In this document: positions 58,694 to 64,000 of the stretch, one piece after another
Layout of the letters: each line of letters opens with the position of its first letter
Numbering within the stretch: the stretch's first letter is position 1
Source of the DNA: the human T2T-CHM13v2.0 reference genome, Homo sapiens
DNA: 64,000 nt
Reading direction: 5' to 3' (one strand)
Assembly (NCBI RefSeq): GCF_009914755.1
Contig: NC_060941.1
Program-made: the position numbers and the translations under genes
Notes under the pieces: model-generated
Database searches by the model: none
What the model was told of the DNA's origin: nothing
The model's input: the letters and a program-made list of their open reading frames with translations, nothing else

Positions 58694-58784
58694 TTAGCAG
58701 ATGATTTTCAAAGTTTTTGGATTGGATTGTGGAACAAATCATATCATTTCCCTGTATCAGGCTACATTGAATATTCGCCATAAT

Positions 58785-58965
58785 TTTATTTTATTTATTT
58801 TTATTCTTAATTTTGAGGCAGGGGCTCGCTGTGTCATCCAGGCTGGAGTGCAGTGGTGTGATCATGGCTCTTGGCAGCCTTGAACTCCTGGGCTCAAGTA
58901 ATCCTCCCACCTCAAACCTCCCAAGTAAGCTGGGATGACAGGTGCACACCACCATGCCCAGCTAA
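58785..58965 (-). mobile_element. Alu right-arm monomer (FRAM/J-like)
   Basis: Single Alu arm. Confidence 0.85.
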
Positions 58966-59016
58966 TCATCAGAATTTTCCAAGAACAAATCAAATGAATG
59001 CATAGCCTATCTGTGA

Positions 59017-59439
<423 letters not shown>

Positions 59440-59812
59440 ACAGTGTTTCTTTCTGAGCTTAAAAAACCAGAAAGGGGGATAAAAGGTTGGAAGTGAAATT
59501 TGGTCAGCTAGTTAGATCATGAGTGTTAAAAGGTAATAAAATCAAGGCGGCTGCTGGCTCTGGCCAGAGTCATCTTCCCAATACAGCCTTTCTGCAAAGG
59601 TCTGGCAGCTGCAGGGCAGCTGCCACGGTACAAGAGTCAGTTGCAGACGGAGTAGGAGGTCCCCAGCTCTCTCCTGCCCTCCTTTGATTCTTCCACCTGA
59701 GGCCCAAGTATGGCTTGTGTCTTGAGATGCTGCAGTCTCTTTCCCTAGGGTACATTTATACTGCTTCAGAGAAGCTTTTGGTGTTTTTGGTTTTTTAAAG
59801 AATAGAGACAGA

Positions 59813-60125
59813 GGCCGGGCATGGTGGCTCACGCCTGTAATGCCAGCACTTTGGGAGGCTGAGATGGTTGGATCATTTGAGGTCAGGAATCAGAGACCAG
59901 CCTGGTCAATATGGTGAAGCCTCATCTCTACTAAAAATACAAAAATTAGCCGGGCGTGGTGGCACATGCCTGTAGTCCCAACTACTCGAGAGGCTGAGGC
60001 AGGAGAATCACTTGAACCCGAGAGGCAGAGGTTGCGGTGGAGTGAGAATAAGCCATTGCACTTCAACCTGGGCGACAGAGCAAGGCTCCATCTCAAAAAA
60101 AAAAAAGAAGAAGAAGAAGAAGAAA
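59813..60125 (+). mobile_element. Alu with (GAA)n tail
   Basis: Alu consensus. Confidence 0.93.
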
Positions 60126-60128
60126 TTA

Positions 60129-60420
<292 letters not shown>

Positions 60421-60452
60421 TCTCCCCCACCCTGCCATATATATATATATTG

Positions 60453-60577
60453 TTTTTTTTTTCCTACAGAGACGAGGTCTCACTCTGTCACGCAGCCCAG
60501 GCTGGTCTTGAATTCCTGGCCTCAACCAATCCTCCTACTCAGAGCTAGGGTTACAGGTATGAGCCACTGCGACAGCC
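60453..60577 (-). mobile_element. Alu left-arm monomer (FLAM-like)
   Basis: Single Alu arm. Confidence 0.8.
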
Positions 60578-61759
60578 ATATTTTGTAAGGAATGGAGTGA
60601 GGGCTGCAGATGGATGGGCCACAGTCTTCTCAGGTGTGCTGGTGATTGTCTCCTGAGAGCTGGACAGAGGCCTCTGCACTCTACCTGCACTCAGGAAACA
60701 TTTACAGAATCACACTCTGTGTGGAGCACTGTGTTGCCCTGGTGGGTCTGGGGTGCATTTCCTGGTCCTTGGAGGACTCAGATGGCTCTCTGTAGAAGCC
60801 CAAAGGAGGGTTGGTGGGGCTGAGGCATGTTGGCAGTGGTGAAGATATTCTAGTAACCTCCCCCAGCACCCAGCCTTCCCACTGGTTGGGCCTAGGAATG
60901 TGGTCAGAGAGCCCTGCCCCGAGTTTGCAGAGAGGCTATAGCTGCCCTGGCAGCTGGTCAAGCATCTATCCATTTCAAAGGCTTTTTGTTAAACTTCTAA
61001 CAGCCGAAAGGACAGCCTGAAGCCATGCGCCAGGAAGGCCTCCCAATTTTGGTGGCCAGGAAGTCTATTGAGCTCCCCTCCAACCTCTCCAACCCCTAGA
61101 ATGGAGACCTGAGCTGGGCAATCAGCCCAATAAATCAGGGGATGGCACCCCAGGGGCCATGATGACCCAGGGGAGGCCCCCTCTGGCTTTGGGATTTACT
61201 GAAGGGCAACGCACAGGTGTGCAGGGCAAGAAGCCGCCAGGAGGCCTTGGAAAGATGCTAGCCAGGGCTGATGCCAGTGTCATACAAGTGTTGGGTCTCC
61301 CTGGGGCAATGTTCTAGTTGGATGCAGTCTTCCTTTCTTCCCCAGGTCCTGTCTGCTCATCCAGCTCTAGCTGTGGGAGTCAGCTCTGCCTTTGGTGGGG
61401 GTTCTGCTACTACCAATTCACGGGTGCTCTCCAGGCAAGCCATCTTGGCTTTTGAAATGTTATTTTCTCATTCATAAAATAAAGATGTTGGCCCGGTCAC
61501 CAGGTCTGCTTCTCTCTGATGGGTGTCAGGGATGTCTCAGAGGATGCAAGGAGAGTGAGAGAGGTGGGGGAAGCGGGGGAGGCCCCTGAGGGATCAAGCC
61601 CTCCTCCCACCCACAGGGCTCCCTGGTCCCTGGGGATTCCCAGCCTGCCCTGCAAAGCCTTCATGGGTGCCCTGGGCGCACCCATGAAGACCCAGGTCCA
61701 CTGACACCAAGAAAGGAAGGCTTTCCTCCCCTCCGCCCCCAAACCTTGTGCCTTTAAGT

Positions 61760-62520
61760 GTCTTTGTTTGATCTGAATTCTTGATTGCCGTTGTGGAGGG
61801 GTGTGGCTGAGTGGGACTTTTGATCTCGCCTCCCCAGAGTTTCTGGGGTCTGGTTTGGCAGAGAAGTTTGGGGTTAGCAGCAGTCACTGCCATCCGTATG
61901 AGGGGGGCGCTCAGGCCCAAATTGATGTCAGGTTCCCGGCCGGGCGGAGTGTTACCTGGAGCTTTGAAGCTTGTAATGTCTCCAGACCGTCTTCTCAAGT
62001 CAGCGGCTACAAATGTTAATAAAATTAAAGCCACCTGAGAGTTCAGCTGGGCGATCCTTTGAAAGCAAGTCTGTGATGGGTTATTACCCTCAATTACCTA
62101 GTTGTCCACTCTCTTCGCTTGGGGTTAAACTCTTAACTCTTCCCTTTGAAGTCATTATCCTTTTATCTATGACTGGACCAAGGAATTTCAGGACAATAAT
62201 CAATGGAAACTTCATAAGAATAGAAGACCCGGGAGGGGAAAAGGTGTGAATATCCCTTTAACCGTTGGGGGGAAGGGGGATGGGGGGTGGGGGATGGGGG
62301 CCGAGAAGGCCCCGTGTCCCCAACTTGAAGAAGTAAAAAAGGAAGTGGGGGTACCTGATAATGACCCAGCGAGCAATTTTCAGATCTTCTAGAAAATAAA
62401 GAGAAAACGATAATTTGGGGGCGATCAGAGAGGTGCAGCCCTCATCAAAGGGGAAGGGAAAGTAATGAAGCAAAAAGACACAATTAAAGAATGGGTTTAA
62501 TTAGGGCTTTGATGTCTGAC
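61760..62520. promoter_or_regulatory. Candidate distal Wnt-responsive enhancer
   Basis: Five CTTTGAW motifs within ~550 bp of Alu-free sequence. Confidence 0.6.
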
Positions 62521-64000
62521 ATGGTGCATGACACTGTTAAAGGGGGAGGGGGACCAACTATTCAAGCGCCAGGAAATGGCTTATTAAAAAGATCCGTCCC
62601 CCAAAGACGCTGCCAGAAAAAGGAGAAACTTCCATGCCGCTTCTCCCACCAAAGAGCAAAGTCAGTTTCACTTAAATCCTCACCATCAGGAGGAAAAAAC
62701 ACCACAACTCTTTTTTTTTTTTCGCAAAAGTCTTTCTGGGTTCCCAGAGGCAGCAGCTCTTTCAGGATTATTATACTTGGTGCTGGCCTCTCCCTGTTTA
62801 AAGAGAGAAGGAAAGAGAGAGAGAGGAGAAAAGAAGGAAACAAAACAAAACAACAACAACAAAAAAACGGAGCGTGTGTGCACTAACGAATGTTGGCAAT
62901 GTGTGTTTCATTTCTCCTTTTCATTTAATCCCATTTGGAATGCTTGTCTACACAGAGAAGACGAAAACACAGGGGGGAAGAGCCAGTCGCACTGGAATGA
63001 GCAAGAAGCCTTCTCCAGTAACGAGGAGCTGCCCCAGCTTGGTTTTAGATGTGACAGAGCCGCGTCTGCCCCTCCACCGCGCAGCCCGCACCTCTCAGCC
63101 TGACACACACATGCACACACAAACACCGCCAGTTGAGGATTTGAAAGCTCACATTTTGCCCTTGTTACAACTCCCCTACTCCTCATTAAAAAAAGAAATA
63201 ATAAAATAAAAACTCCTTTTATTGTGTGCAACATCTGGAAAGCTCCCTTCTCCATCTGCTAGGTCCTGACAGTGTTTGCAACCACAAAGCCAGCATCTCC
63301 TCCTGCAATGTGTCATGAAGGCTGGGGGTTGGAAGCCCTGGTGAGAAAGCCTGGGAGGGGGTCAGACAAACAGGCCTGCCCTCTGCCTGCTGGATGTTGG
63401 AGCCAGCACGGGTCCCCTTGGCCTGGGTTCTGGGGTCTGGGCTTCATGTGACTCTGAGTTTAAGGGAGGCAGCCGGTAGCCCCCTGAGTCTGTTCAGACA
63501 GGAAGCAATGGCTGAGCATTCTCATGTTCATAGGAATAACTTGAGTCAGGCCCTCCTGCCAGTGCCGGGAAGAAGGACAAACAGCTTGGAGACCCTAATG
63601 TGTATGCTTGGGATTCAATTTGAAATGAGCCTGTTGGGTTTTTATTTCAAAACGCTCCTGTGTTGGGTTTTTATTTCCTCTCTCGTATTTACACACACAC
63701 TCAGCTAGCACTCTGGGAAAAAAAAAAAAAAAAAAGACAGCAGGTTTTGAAAAGTAGAGTGGTTTATGTGAAAAGATCAAAATGTTTCTCATACTTTCTC
63801 CAAAGGCCTAGGGCTCTTTTCTCCCAGGGACTGAACTTTTTCTCAGAGATAGTAATCCTTTAAAGCCTCAGCCCTCATTTCTTTTAGGTCACTCTTCCAT
63901 TTCTTGGATTTAAAGAAACCAGAGGGGTCAGAGATGTGGACATGTCACTCAAAATGAGCCACGGGGCTCTGGTCATCCTGCTTTGGGGGATGAGGGTTAG

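Overview
Human genomic DNA covering most of AXIN2 (Axin-2/conductin, a Wnt/beta-catenin feedback inhibitor) on the minus strand, plus ~33 kb of upstream intergenic sequence. Nine coding exons (exons 2-10, 2405 nt of CDS) join in one open frame with GT-AG boundaries. The terminal exon lies beyond position 1. A CpG-island promoter at ~28.4-30.5 kb holds the main non-coding first exon, two more candidate first-exon splice donors, several uORFs and a cluster of TCF/LEF motifs. The gene body has only 4 Alus, versus ~33 between 31 and 60.6 kb. The last ~3.4 kb is Alu-free and carries a dense TCF/LEF motif cluster. I see no new protein-coding gene or undescribed system. The best leads are cis-regulatory (distal TCF cluster, CDX/HOX cluster, intronic CTCF site, alternative 5'UTRs, possible internal promoter) and structural (a dispersed duplication showing both the empty and the Alu-filled site). 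Repeat boundaries and family calls were made by eye and are approximate.
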